Shown: piece by piece, positions 1-10,276 of the stretch
How the letters are laid out: the number at the start of each line of letters is the position of its first letter
How positions within the stretch are numbered: the stretch's first letter is position 1
Assembly: GCA_027045015.1 (NCBI GenBank)
Contig: JALUBF010000023.1
Span: 1,713-65,712 of the forward strand
Source: Sulfurovum sp.
GTDB lineage: Bacteria; Campylobacterota; Campylobacteria; Campylobacterales; Sulfurovaceae
Length of the DNA stretch: 64,000 nucleotides
Reading direction: 5' to 3'
The notes under the pieces: generated by a model
Told to the model about the DNA's origin: nothing
The model's database searches: none
What the model saw: the letters and a program-made list of their open reading frames with translations, nothing else
Made by a program: the position numbers and the translations under genes

Positions 1-1114
1 CAGCAACAAGAGCAGAATCAGTTATATTTACATTATGATGTGATTCTAACTTATCTTTAATACCTCTAAGAATTTGTAGTGCCTCATTTATACTAGGTTC
101 ATCTACCTTAACAGGTTGAAAACGACGTTGTAGTGCTGTATCTTTTTCAAAATATTTTCTATACTCTTTAAGTGTCGTTGCACCAATAGTATGTAACTCA
201 CCACGAGCAAGAGCTGGTTTTAAGATATTTGCTGCATCATTTCCACCTTCACTTGCACCTGCCCCTACAATAATATGTATCTCATCAATAAATAAGATGA
301 CATTCCCTGCCTCTTTAACTTCATCTATAACAGATTTAAGTCTATCCTCAAACTCACCTCTATACTTTGCTCCAGCAATGAGTCTATTCATATCTAAGCT
401 CATTACACGCATATTTTGCAAACTTAAAGGTACTTCTTTATTGACAATACGCTGTGCAAGTCCTTCTACAATAGCTGTCTTACCAGTTCCTGGTTCACCT
501 ATTAGTATAGGGTTGTTTTTTGTCTTACGAATAAGAATTTGCATCATACGTTGAACCTCTTCATCACGACCAATCACAGGGTCAAGCTCACCATCAAGTG
601 CTTTTTGGTTCAAGTCTACAGCATATTGTCCCAAAGCCTCAAGAGTCTCATCACCAGATTGTGACTCTATCTGTTTACCACCTCTTATGCTCTCTAAAGT
701 CTTTTCAAACTCAGATATCTCAATATACTTACCGATAGTATCTTCTATAAAACTCTCACCAACATTTGCCATAAGCCAAGCATCAACAGCTAGATATTGG
801 TCACCATTTGCAACCATAACACCTTCTGCATTTTGAAGTGTACGAACTAAATTTTGTCCAAGTTTAATATTCTCTTTAGTTACACTAGATACTTGTGGCA
901 ATCTATTGGCTAAAGATTTTGTCTCTAACTCAATAGCAGCTTTATCTACACTCATCTTATTTAGTGCTTGATGTAGTATGCTTCCTGTATTGGTCAATAA
1001 TGCCCATAAAAGATGTATAGGATCTACCTCTTGATTTTTATTGTGCAAAGCTAAAGAGAGACCAGACTCTATTGTACTTTGCATTTGATTGGTTAATTTT
1101 TCTAAGATATTCAT
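1..1114 (-). CDS. clpB: ATP-dependent chaperone ClpB, N-terminal part (runs off the window start)
   Basis: Not in the ORF track; read manually from ATG at 1114 ([12 protein letters not shown]...), with SD AGGAGG at 1121-1126. Contains Walker A GEPGTGKT, Walker B LFIDEIH and [16 protein letters not shown]. Confidence 0.93.
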   Translation of the reverse strand, partial: MNILEKLTNQMQSTIESGLSLALHNKNQEVDPIHLLWALLTNTGSILHQALNKMSVDKAAIELETKSLANRLPQVSSVTKENIKLGQNLVRTLQNAEGVMVANGDQYLAVDAWLMANVGESFIEDTIGKYIEISEFEKTLESIRGGKQIESQSGDETLEALGQYAVDLNQKALDGELDPVIGRDEEVQRMMQILIRKTKNNPILIGEPGTGKTAIVEGLAQRIVNKEVPLSLQNMRVMSLDMNRLIAGAKYRGEFEDRLKSVIDEVKEAGNVILFIDEIHIIVGAGASEGGNDAANILKPALARGELHTIGATTLKEYRKYFEKDTALQRRFQPVKVDEPSINEALQILRGIKDKLESHHNVNITDSALVA

Positions 1115-1147
1115 AAAATACCTCCTTAAATAGTTATTTATAAACAA

Positions 1148-1177
1148 ATTATACAACATTGAGTCATATATTGTCAA
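1148..1177 (-). promoter_or_regulatory. Sigma70-type promoter of clpB
   Basis: Minus-strand TTGACA (1177-1172), 18-bp spacer, TATAAT (1153-1148). Confidence 0.7.
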
Positions 1178-1178
1178 G
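1158..1178. promoter_or_regulatory. HAIR-like HspR operator overlapping the clpB promoter
   Basis: Minus strand CTTGACA-N7-ACTCAAT versus HAIR consensus CTTGAGT-N7-ACTCAAG. clpB is an HspR target in Campylobacter. Confidence 0.65.
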
Positions 1179-1315
1179 TTTATTTAATAAAATATATCAA
1201 TAATACTCTTTATTTCTATTTGACTATTATTAAACTTGTATGGTTATAGTTATAAAAAGCAACTTCTTAGATGTTTTTAACTAAAATTATAAATCAAATT
1301 GGAGATATATATCAT

Positions 1316-2674
1316 ATGATCAAAAAAAGTAAAAAAATAATAATAGCAGGATTTATTTCTACTATAACATCTGCTTATTTACTTGGTTCTTTTGCACAAG
1401 CCAATGACAATAATAGAACAAATAAAATGCACTCTTCTCCTAAAGAGAAATTAAAAGCTTATATTAAATTTACACAAATTTTAAATCTTATAGAAGATGA
1501 ATATGTAGATGATGTCAATACAAGCGTACTTGTAGATAAAGCCTTAAAAGGTCTCATGACTAATCTTGATGCACACTCTAACTTTATGGATGAAAAATCA
1601 TATAAAAATTTATCTGTTCAGACTAAAGGTGAATTTGGTGGACTTGGTATTTCTATTGGTATGAGAGATGGTGCTTTAACCGTTATAGCTCCTATTGATG
1701 GTACTCCTGCATTTAGAGCTGGAATAAAAGCTGGAGACATTATATTAAAAATAAATAATCAAGCTACAATTGGTATGAATATAGATGATTCTGTAAAACT
1801 GATGAGAGGTAAACCTAAAACTCCTATTACCTTAACTATCATAAGAAAAAAAGAGCCAAAACCACTTGAAATAAAAATTATTCGTGATATAATCAAAATT
1901 CAATCTGTTTATAGTAAAACTATTGATAATAATATACTTTATTTGCATATCACATCTTTTGATCAAAAAGTAGTAAATGGTGTAAAAAAAGCTATAAAAG
2001 ACCATAATTCTACAAAAGGTATCATATTAGACCTTAGAAATAATCCTGGTGGACTTCTAAATCAAGCTGTTGGACTTGTAGATATGTTTGTTAATAAAGG
2101 TACTATTGTAAGTCAAAAAGGTAGAGATACCAGAGAAAATATCAGCTATAAAGCACATAAAATGCATACTGATACTAGTACCCCTATTGTAACCCTTGTA
2201 AATGGTGGTAGTGCTAGTGCATCTGAGATAGTATCTGGTGCGTTACAAGATTTCAATCGTTCTGTTATAGTTGGAGAGAAAACTTTTGGTAAGGGTTCTG
2301 TTCAAATAGTTATTCCTATAGATAAGAAAGAAGCTCTTAAGATAACTATAGCTAGATACTATTTGCCAAGTGGACGTACTATTCAAAATGTAGGTGTAAC
2401 TCCTGATATAAATGTACATTTAGGTAAAATAGAGTTTAAAGAAGATCCTGCTTTACTTAAAGAGAATGAATTGAAACAACACTTAAAGGTAGAACTAGCA
2501 AAAATAGATAATAACAGTACAAAATCTATAGATACTAATAGCTCTAAAGAAAACAATATAACGAAAATAAATAAGAGTATCATAACAGAAAAAGAGTTAT
2601 ACAAAGATGCTCAACTTAAATCTGCCGTAGATATATTGAAAGCATTAATTATTACAAATAAAGGAAATAAGTAA
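1316..2674 (+). CDS. ctpA: S41 family C-terminal processing peptidase (PDZ + S41)
   Basis: GEFGGLGI, DLRNNPGG, SASASEIVSGALQD and GEKTFGKGSVQ motifs; N-terminal signal/anchor. Start moved to ATG 1316 (GGAGA at 1301). Confidence 0.92.
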   Translation: MIKKSKKIIIAGFISTITSAYLLGSFAQANDNNRTNKMHSSPKEKLKAYIKFTQILNLIEDEYVDDVNTSVLVDKALKGLMTNLDAHSNFMDEKSYKNLSVQTKGEFGGLGISIGMRDGALTVIAPIDGTPAFRAGIKAGDIILKINNQATIGMNIDDSVKLMRGKPKTPITLTIIRKKEPKPLEIKIIRDIIKIQSVYSKTIDNNILYLHITSFDQKVVNGVKKAIKDHNSTKGIILDLRNNPGGLLNQAVGLVDMFVNKGTIVSQKGRDTRENISYKAHKMHTDTSTPIVTLVNGGSASASEIVSGALQDFNRSVIVGEKTFGKGSVQIVIPIDKKEALKITIARYYLPSGRTIQNVGVTPDINVHLGKIEFKEDPALLKENELKQHLKVELAKIDNNSTKSIDTNSSKENNITKINKSIITEKELYKDAQLKSAVDILKALIITNKGNK

Positions 2675-3394
2675 ATGAAAAAAACAACTCTTCTTTATGA
2701 AGGTAAAGCAAAAAAAATATGGGAAACAGAGGACAAAAACCTACTTATCTCTGAGTTTAAAGACTCTTTAACTGCCTTTAATGGTGAAAAAAAATCCAGT
2801 GAAGATGGAAAAGGTGCATTAAATAACAAAATTTCTACAGAGTTATTTAAATATCTTGAAGAAAAAGGTATTCCTACGCACTATGTAGATATGTTAGATG
2901 ATAACAATATGCTACATAAACGTGCTGAAGTGATACGTATAGAAGTTATAGTAAGAAATATCGCTACAGGAAGTCTTAGTAAAAATCTTGGTATTAAAGA
3001 TAAAACTATATTACCATTTACACTTGTAGAATTTGACTATAAAAATGATGAGCTTGGCGATCCAAAACTCAATGATCAACACTGTCTTATCTTAAATCTT
3101 GTAAATGACACTGATGAGCTAGACTACATTAGATATATGGCTAGACGCATCAATACTCTACTTTCTGAGTTCTATGCCGAACTTGATATAAAAGTAGTTG
3201 ACTTTAAACTTGAATTTGGTAGAGATAAAGATGGTAATATTATTCTTATTGATGAACTTAGTCCAGATAACTTCAGACTTTGGGATAAAGACACTGATGA
3301 GAAATTAGATAAAGATAGATTTAGACAAGGTCTTGGTGGACTTACTGAAGCCTATAAACAAGTATTAGATAGAATTCAAAATAGAAAAAAATAA
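2675..3394 (+). CDS. purC: SAICAR synthetase
   Basis: [34 protein letters not shown]. Confidence 0.97.
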   Translation: MKKTTLLYEGKAKKIWETEDKNLLISEFKDSLTAFNGEKKSSEDGKGALNNKISTELFKYLEEKGIPTHYVDMLDDNNMLHKRAEVIRIEVIVRNIATGSLSKNLGIKDKTILPFTLVEFDYKNDELGDPKLNDQHCLILNLVNDTDELDYIRYMARRINTLLSEFYAELDIKVVDFKLEFGRDKDGNIILIDELSPDNFRLWDKDTDEKLDKDRFRQGLGGLTEAYKQVLDRIQNRKK

Positions 3395-3403
3395 GGAAGA
3401 TTT

Positions 3404-3643
3404 ATGACAGCAATAGTAAATGTATTTTTAAAAAAGGGTGTACTAGACCCACAAGGCAAAGCATCTCACCACGCATTGGACTCTTTAGGTTTTTCAGAAG
3501 TAAAAGATGTACGTATCGGTAAACAGATTATTGTGGAACTAGATAGTGAAGATAAAGAAAAAGCTGAAGCTGAAGTAAAAGAGATGTGTGAGACACTTCT
3601 TGCCAATACTGTTATTGAAGATTATACTATAGAGATAAGATAA
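3404..3643 (+). CDS. purS: FGAM synthase subunit PurS
   Basis: VLDPQG and LLANTVIEDY; lies between purC and purQ. Confidence 0.96.
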   Translation: MTAIVNVFLKKGVLDPQGKASHHALDSLGFSEVKDVRIGKQIIVELDSEDKEKAEAEVKEMCETLLANTVIEDYTIEIR

Positions 3644-4314
3644 TGAAAGTAGCAGTATTAAGATTTCCAGGGACAAACTGTGAGTTTGATACCCAATATG
3701 CATTCGAAAAACTTGGTCATACGACAGAGCTTGTATGGCATGAAGATGAAAAATTACCAGTAGATATAGACTTAGTTGTTGTACCTGGTGGATTTTCTTA
3801 TGGTGATTACTTACGTTCAGGCTCTATAGCTCGTTTTTCAACAGTTATGAAAGCTGTTAGTAGTTATGCCAATAATGGTGGAAAAGTACTTGGTATATGT
3901 AATGGTTTTCAAATCCTTACAGAAGCAGGACTACTCCCTGGTGCATTAAAACGTAACAACAATCTACACTTTATCTCAAAACATCAAAATCTTTGTGTTA
4001 TCAATAATGATAATGATTTTTTAAATAAATGTAAAAAAGGTGAAGTACTTAATATCCCTATAGCTCATGCTGATGGTAACTACTATATAGATGACGAGGG
4101 ACTAAAAAAACTTGAAGAAAATAACCAAATTTTACTTCGTTACTCAGATAGTGAAGGTAATCCTGTAGTAGTAAATGGTTCTGTTACATCTATAGCTGGT
4201 ATTTGTAATGAAACTAAAAATGTATTTGGACTTATGCCTCATCCAGAACGTGCATTAGAGTCTATTCTTGGTTCAGATGATGGAGTACGTATGCTTCAAG
4301 GGTTTGAAAACTAA
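3643..4314 (+). CDS. purQ: FGAM synthase glutaminase subunit PurQ
   Basis: FPGTNC, PGGFSYGDYLR, GICNGFQ, GLMPHPER. Confidence 0.97.
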   Translation: MKVAVLRFPGTNCEFDTQYAFEKLGHTTELVWHEDEKLPVDIDLVVVPGGFSYGDYLRSGSIARFSTVMKAVSSYANNGGKVLGICNGFQILTEAGLLPGALKRNNNLHFISKHQNLCVINNDNDFLNKCKKGEVLNIPIAHADGNYYIDDEGLKKLEENNQILLRYSDSEGNPVVVNGSVTSIAGICNETKNVFGLMPHPERALESILGSDDGVRMLQGFEN

Positions 4315-5351
4315 TGAAGCTACAAAAAGCTATTAACTTCTTTTTAGGAGTTATGCTTAGCTTAACAGTTATAATTAATGCTAGTAGCAACTATAAATAT
4401 TCATATATTCCTAAAAAAGTATATATAAATCAGCTCTTTCCAGTTACTGTTATAGGTATTGGTAAAAATGATAATAAAACTCCATTATTTCAATTTAATT
4501 TGGGAAATAAACCTATTTTTAAAGAACCCCTTATAGTTCATAATGGAAATGATAGTTTCTATACATTCTATTTTAAGGCTAAAAATAGTGATATTTATAT
4601 TCCATCTCTAATTATAAAAGATAATACTCTAACTAGTAAATTGAAATCACGATACATACCGATTAAAAAGCTTAAAGGCAATAATGATTTTTCTAATATT
4701 TTAGCAACTGATTTAAAAATTAAAAATTCACAAGTATCAAACTATGATGAAAATAATTATATAATTACACTAAATATAGAAGCTTATGAAGCTAATCTTG
4801 AAGATATGAGTCTTAAAAATGTAATTGAATCTGGTATAGAAAATATAAAGCGTAAATTTTCAAAAGTTTCAGGTGAATTTTATGTAGTAGTTCCTTCAAA
4901 ACAGAAATTACTACATTTTACATATTTTAATACTCTTAAAAGAGAATTTATATCGAAAAAAGTATCTATAAATTTAAAAGATACAACTGTTAGTACACAA
5001 TCTGAACTAAATCCTAAAGAAGATAGCTTTGAAAAACTTAAAAAATATACCCTTTTTACTCTTATAATATTCTTTTTTATAATGTTTCTTCTTAAGATAG
5101 ATTTCTTCTATCTTATACTTTCTACTATATCTCTAATTACACTTCTGACACTATATATACCACATAAAACCATATGTGTCTCACAAGGTACTCCACTATA
5201 TATATTGCCAACATATACAAGTGATATAAGTACTACTATAGATACAAAATTTAAAACTATGCTTTTAAGTGAGAGAAAAGGATACAAAAAAGTAAAATAC
5301 AAAAATGGAATAATAGGATGGATAAAAGATGAAGATATTTGCAAAAATTAG
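4314..5351 (+). CDS. Conserved exported/membrane protein with C-terminal SH3-like domain
   Basis: Signal peptide, hydrophobic hairpin near the C-terminus, terminal GIIGWIK SH3b-like motif; usual position between purQ and plsC. Confidence 0.7.
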   Translation: MKLQKAINFFLGVMLSLTVIINASSNYKYSYIPKKVYINQLFPVTVIGIGKNDNKTPLFQFNLGNKPIFKEPLIVHNGNDSFYTFYFKAKNSDIYIPSLIIKDNTLTSKLKSRYIPIKKLKGNNDFSNILATDLKIKNSQVSNYDENNYIITLNIEAYEANLEDMSLKNVIESGIENIKRKFSKVSGEFYVVVPSKQKLLHFTYFNTLKREFISKKVSINLKDTTVSTQSELNPKEDSFEKLKKYTLFTLIIFFFIMFLLKIDFFYLILSTISLITLLTLYIPHKTICVSQGTPLYILPTYTSDISTTIDTKFKTMLLSERKGYKKVKYKNGIIGWIKDEDICKN

Positions 5352-6039
5352 ATTTTATTGGGGTGCTTTTGTAATCTCATTTAACACAGCAGTACTTATG
5401 ATTCCTGCATTAATGCTTCTTGGTAGATACAAATCATCTATTGTTCACTATATTAATGCAGTAACACTTTGGATGATAGGTGGGATAGCTCTTAAGAAAG
5501 GTAAACTTGATAAAGATGCCGATATGTATGTTATGAACCATCAGAGTATTATAGATATTATAGGTCTTGAAGCAGTACAAAATAACTATCTAAGATGGGC
5601 TGCAAAAAAAGAACTTTTTGATACACCGTGGTTTGGTAATCTACTTATTCATGGAGAGATGATCTCTGTAGATAGAGGAAGTAAATCTGCATTGATTAAG
5701 TTTATAAAGGATGTAAAGGAATCAAGAGAGATATATAAGCGAGCAGTTGCTATATTTCCAGAAGGAACAAGAGCAAAAAATCAAAAACTGTTGCCATTTA
5801 AAAGTGGTACAAAAATTATTGCAGAAAAACTTGGTTTAAAAGTTCAGCCAATAGTTATAACAGGTAGTAAAAAACTTCTAAATGAACACGATAAAACTGC
5901 TCACTCTGCAAAAGTATATTATCATTTTTTACCAACTATAGATGTTAGCAATGCTGATAAGAACTGGTATGAAAAACTAAAAGATGATATGCAAGAGGTA
6001 ATAGATAAAGAGTTTGAAGAGAAAGGAAGAAGTAGATAA
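5329..6039 (+). CDS. plsC: 1-acyl-sn-glycerol-3-phosphate acyltransferase
   Basis: NHQSIID (HX4D) and IFPEGTR motifs. Confidence 0.92.
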   Translation: MKIFAKIRFYWGAFVISFNTAVLMIPALMLLGRYKSSIVHYINAVTLWMIGGIALKKGKLDKDADMYVMNHQSIIDIIGLEAVQNNYLRWAAKKELFDTPWFGNLLIHGEMISVDRGSKSALIKFIKDVKESREIYKRAVAIFPEGTRAKNQKLLPFKSGTKIIAEKLGLKVQPIVITGSKKLLNEHDKTAHSAKVYYHFLPTIDVSNADKNWYEKLKDDMQEVIDKEFEEKGRSR

Positions 6040-6040
6040 G

Positions 6041-6331
6041 CTACTTCTTAATACTCAATACCTCTATAATAGCAGGGAAACTTGAAGATATAGCTTTTTT
6101 AACTAACTTAGCTTTAACTTTGATTATCTTATTTTGTTTATATAAAAGATTGAACTCTTTTGGATTTTCTATCTTATAATTCTTATGAGTATTTGTATCT
6201 TCTATAACTAGATAAGTATGAGGAGTAGAACCTTTCATATAAAGTTTTCCTGATAAATTTAAATTATCTATATCATTACTACAACCCATAACTACTCCTA
6301 ATATTAGCATATAAACTATAATTTTTTTCAT
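6041..6331 (-). CDS. Small hypothetical lipoprotein
   Basis: MKK + hydrophobic stretch + VMGC lipobox; SD GGAGA; directly downstream of the M30 peptidase. Confidence 0.7.
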   Translation of the reverse strand: MKKIIVYMLILGVVMGCSNDIDNLNLSGKLYMKGSTPHTYLVIEDTNTHKNYKIENPKEFNLLYKQNKIIKVKAKLVKKAISSSFPAIIEVLSIKK

Positions 6332-6340
6332 AGATATCTC

Positions 6341-8011
6341 CTACTTCGCGATGAGTGTAGCTTTAGTTGAGCTATCTAATGTTATATTTATATCGATAAT
6401 ACCTGTTAAATTATCACCTATCTTATAGTAGTAATTCGACTCAGGTTCTACACTACCAGATGATGTTTTGATATCTGGTTTAGGATCGTAGTTAAAAAAG
6501 TTTATAGATCCTAATTTATATGTACTATTTTTATATGTATCATAAGTAAAATCTCCTGTATTGTATGTTGGTAAATCTTGTAGATTATCTTTATCTGAAA
6601 GGATTACAGCAACTCCCCACTCTTGAAGCAGATCACTAAAAGTTTTATCTTCAGCTCCAGCATACTTATGTACACCATACATTACAGCATCTTCATGCTC
6701 TTTATTGTTATAAACAATATCATGTAGTACTTTAGCTCCACCATAATTACGAGTTAAAAATGTACCAAATGAACTTACTTTTGAATAATCAGCTGTATCA
6801 CCCTGCCATTGTGTTAAGGAACGATTTATACCAACTTTATTAAATTCTGGGTATCTTCCCTTTGTATTACCACTACTACCAGCACTTCCATCAGTATATG
6901 ATACACCTCTAGGACCAGTATGTTTTATCTTGGTTGCTACAAGATCTTCAGTTGTTTCCGATAGCATTTCATTAATCCAAGTATCATCAACAGCATCTAG
7001 TAAAACAGCCTTTTGATAAAAATGGATCATATGTTGAAACTCATGTGCTAAAGTTGAATACATCTCTTTTTGCCAGAAATCACCATTATCCTCATTTGCA
7101 TACATAACAGAATCAGCATAGAACATTATCTCTTCATTTGAACCACTCAAATATAATTGTTTAAGATTATCTTTAGCCCAGAAATATCCCATTGTACCTC
7201 CTGATGGACTATCATCATTATCTATATCTGTTAAAAGTATGGTTATTTCATTAGTTTCATCTATAAATTTATTATTCTTTTTATTTGCTTTAGCTCCCCA
7301 TTCTTCTCCAAATATATTTGTATCCCAATCGTAAATATCATTATCATCACCATCTTTTAAAAAATGATCTGCTAAAGTATCTACCATATCTTGCGTTACA
7401 CACTTCTTCTTAGCACATCCATATCCAAAGGCATCATCAGATACCCATATATTAAGCGTTTTATTTCCAAATTCTGTTGATACATTTGAAACCACTTTTC
7501 TTAATATTGCATCAGTTTTTGGACCACTTGAATATTTATCTAAATAAAAAGTTTTTTTATCACCTTCACTTTTATTTAATCTTTTTGTTATTACAAATTT
7601 TTTTGATTTTTTTTGATTATTATCTTTTTTTAATAAATCTATAATATTAGAGTTAAATTCTTGAACATATTTTGGTGCATAAAGAATATTAACCCTATTA
7701 TCAGATATATAGTTTATAGATTTTAAATTTTTTATCTTTTTTAAGTTATGAGTTATCATTATATTATTACTATTACTCTTATCTTCATTTGTCAATAATA
7801 AATATAAACTTTTATTATTACCATTCATATCTACAGAAAGTTTAAGATTTTTACATTCAGCAAGATTATTTACTTGATTATTCTTTGTAATACTTATCCT
7901 CTCTGAACATAATTCTTTTTTAGAATCGCTAGAAGAAGAACCATCTCCACAACCTATAAGTAGAAATATAGATATAGATATTATAAATACTTTAAATTGT
8001 AATTTCATCAT
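6341..8011 (-). CDS. M30 (hyicolysin-like) zinc metallopeptidase lipoprotein
   Basis: LIGC lipobox with Ser-rich linker; HEFQH zinc motif followed by WINEMLSE; GYFWAKDN. Confidence 0.8.
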   Translation of the reverse strand: MMKLQFKVFIISISIFLLIGCGDGSSSSDSKKELCSERISITKNNQVNNLAECKNLKLSVDMNGNNKSLYLLLTNEDKSNSNNIMITHNLKKIKNLKSINYISDNRVNILYAPKYVQEFNSNIIDLLKKDNNQKKSKKFVITKRLNKSEGDKKTFYLDKYSSGPKTDAILRKVVSNVSTEFGNKTLNIWVSDDAFGYGCAKKKCVTQDMVDTLADHFLKDGDDNDIYDWDTNIFGEEWGAKANKKNNKFIDETNEITILLTDIDNDDSPSGGTMGYFWAKDNLKQLYLSGSNEEIMFYADSVMYANEDNGDFWQKEMYSTLAHEFQHMIHFYQKAVLLDAVDDTWINEMLSETTEDLVATKIKHTGPRGVSYTDGSAGSSGNTKGRYPEFNKVGINRSLTQWQGDTADYSKVSSFGTFLTRNYGGAKVLHDIVYNNKEHEDAVMYGVHKYAGAEDKTFSDLLQEWGVAVILSDKDNLQDLPTYNTGDFTYDTYKNSTYKLGSINFFNYDPKPDIKTSSGSVEPESNYYYKIGDNLTGIIDINITLDSSTKATLIAK

Positions 8012-8112
8012 AAACCTTTTTAGTAAAATAGATTTTTATAATATAATAAAAAATCAAAATTAAAACTGAAATATTTTTTTTTTGATATACTTTCAAAAAA
8101 TAAGGACAAATA

Positions 8113-8373
8113 TTGCTTACTTTAAAAATAGAGATTGAAAAACATATAAAAAAATTGGTAAACCCACTTAAAGAGGAAGATGATCTTCAAGAGGCTTTAA
8201 AACTTAAACTTACAAAAAAAGAGTTGAAACTACTAAAAGCTTGGGCATATAAAGCTAATCTAGATGAGTTAAAAAGTCAATTAAATCTTGATGATAAACA
8301 TTATGAAGAGTTATCATTAAAACTCATAAAAAAGCTAAATCAAGAAAAAACAAAACAAGCGATTTGTATATAA
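8113..8373 (+). CDS. Small hypothetical protein with degenerate LuxR/GerE-like helix-turn-helix pattern
   Basis: TTG start, SD AAGGA; LTKKE..LL...A......EL...L.L...........LIKKL spacing. Confidence 0.65.
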   Translation: MLTLKIEIEKHIKKLVNPLKEEDDLQEALKLKLTKKELKLLKAWAYKANLDELKSQLNLDDKHYEELSLKLIKKLNQEKTKQAICI

Positions 8374-8379
8374 GATAAA

Positions 8380-9618
8380 ATGTCTAATAAATATGATCTT
8401 ATAGTTATAGGTGCTGGACCTGCTGGTATGATAGCCTCTATAAAAGCTGCTAGAGATGGAAGAAGTGTACTTCTTTTAGAAAAATTATCTAAAATTGGAC
8501 GGAAACTAAAAGCCACTGGTGGGGGACGATGTAATCTTACTAATACTCTAAAAAATGATGATTTTATAAACTCTTTTGGTAAAAATGGACGTTTTATATC
8601 ACCTGCTATTGACTCTTTGGACAATAATGCTCTTATAGAGTTTTTTAAAAGTATAGGTGTAGAGAGTCATGCACCTGATGGTTTTCGTGTATTTCCTAAA
8701 ACTCACTCATCCGATACTATTGTTAATGCTTTAAAAAATGAGATGCAAAGAGTTGGGGTAAATGTCTTATGCTCTCAAAGAGTAATTAGCATTAATCATA
8801 ATAGTATCAATACAACAAGTGTAGCAACACAAACAGATAACTTCATATCAAATAATATAATATTGGCAACTGGTGGTATGGGCTATCCTACTTTAGGTAG
8901 CCATGGTGATGGATATAATATAGCTAAAAGTTTAGGACATAAAATTACAGATATATATCCAGCTATGATGCCTTTAAAGGTAAAAGAGAGATGGGTAGAA
9001 AAGTGTAGAGCCGATACTATAGCAAAGGTCAATATCTATGTTAATATAAAAAAATATAAAAAACTTACAGCTAAAGGAGATATAATCTTTACAAAAGATG
9101 GCATACGTGGTCCTGTAGTTTTAGACTTCTCTAGAGAAATAACTCCAATACTCTCCAAACTTGATGAAGTACCAATTTTATTGAACTTTACAAAGGGTAT
9201 GAATGAGGAACAAATACGTCAACATTTTAAAGAATTACTTCAAAAAAATCCACATCAGACAACATTAGAACTACTACTAACACTACTTCCAAAATCTCTT
9301 AGTTTAGAGTTATGCAAACTAGCAGATATAGACCCAAATAAAAATCTATTTAAACAAAATGGTACAAATAGAGATAAACTCATAAGACTACTTGTATGGA
9401 CTCCTCTTACTGTTACAGGACATGAAGGCTTTAAAATGGCTATGGTAACTCGTGGAGGAGTATCACTAAAAAATATAGACCCATATACTATGAAAAGTAG
9501 GAAGATAGATGGTCTATACTTCTGTGGTGAAGTTATAGATATAGATGGACCATGTGGAGGATACAATCTACAATGGAGCTTTGCCTCAGGATATTTAGCT
9601 GGTAAATTATTACCATAA
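8380..9618 (+). CDS. HI0933/YhiN (BaiN-like) NAD(P)/FAD-dependent oxidoreductase
   Basis: GAGPAG, TGGGRCNLTN, VTRGGV, GPCGGYNLQWSFASG. Confidence 0.92.
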   Translation: MSNKYDLIVIGAGPAGMIASIKAARDGRSVLLLEKLSKIGRKLKATGGGRCNLTNTLKNDDFINSFGKNGRFISPAIDSLDNNALIEFFKSIGVESHAPDGFRVFPKTHSSDTIVNALKNEMQRVGVNVLCSQRVISINHNSINTTSVATQTDNFISNNIILATGGMGYPTLGSHGDGYNIAKSLGHKITDIYPAMMPLKVKERWVEKCRADTIAKVNIYVNIKKYKKLTAKGDIIFTKDGIRGPVVLDFSREITPILSKLDEVPILLNFTKGMNEEQIRQHFKELLQKNPHQTTLELLLTLLPKSLSLELCKLADIDPNKNLFKQNGTNRDKLIRLLVWTPLTVTGHEGFKMAMVTRGGVSLKNIDPYTMKSRKIDGLYFCGEVIDIDGPCGGYNLQWSFASGYLAGKLLP

Positions 9619-9626
9619 ATTATATT

Positions 9627-10100
9627 TTATAATCTTGCATTTTCAAGAGAATATTCTTTAAAATAAACACGAACAGGGTTATATGATATAAAAAATTTAT
9701 CTGAAAAAACTTCGGTTTTAATTAATACTTCTTCTTTTTTAAATTCACCAAAAGTTTTATAATATAAAAATATTTTAATAGGTCTAGGAGATATGATATT
9801 ACAATCATCTACAGAAATATAATATTCTCTTCTCATATTTTCAAATTTATAGAATTTCTTATCTCTAAATGTATAAAGTTCTTTGTTATTAATTCTATTT
9901 TTACTTATCTCTTCTCTTCTTTGTTTAGTTAATCTCTCTTTATTTAATTTATCTAAAATTCTCTTTTTTTCAAGCTCATCATATTTATTTTGAGATTTAC
10001 GATTTGCTTTATCTAAAGCCTTCTGATTTAAATGTCGTTCTTCATCTAACTTCTCTAAAATCTTTCTTTTCTCTTCTTCTGAATATTTAGTTTTCTTCAT
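9627..10100 (-). CDS. Hypothetical protein with N-terminal charged repeats
   Basis: 157-aa ORF with two similar KYxExEKxxILxKLxxER units. Confidence 0.7.
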   Translation of the reverse strand: MKKTKYSEEEKRKILEKLDEERHLNQKALDKANRKSQNKYDELEKKRILDKLNKERLTKQRREEISKNRINNKELYTFRDKKFYKFENMRREYYISVDDCNIISPRPIKIFLYYKTFGEFKKEEVLIKTEVFSDKFFISYNPVRVYFKEYSLENARL

Positions 10101-10276
10101 ATTTTACTCTTTTGTTAATTCTATTCTTTCCATAAAGTGATGCTATTATACTATATATATTTAAATATATTTAAAATTTATTATTTTATCACCATTACAG
10201 CACACTTTAGATAGAATAGTTATTAACTTTACACTACATGTAAACCAAAAAACTCATTTGTTTAAGGAAACACTTT

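Noticed and set aside
297-554. 85-aa plus-strand ORF, and the many other short ORFs antisense or out of frame within long genes (e.g. 2383-2604, 22250-22903, 27686-28096, 33967-34392, 41285-41683, 46851-47243)
   Set aside because: Shadow ORFs lying over well-supported genes; no SD or recognisable motifs.
10160-10175. 16-bp palindrome TTTAAATATATTTAAA between the hypothetical gene and metG
   Set aside because: Pure A/T low-complexity sequence in an AT-rich intergenic region; likely chance.
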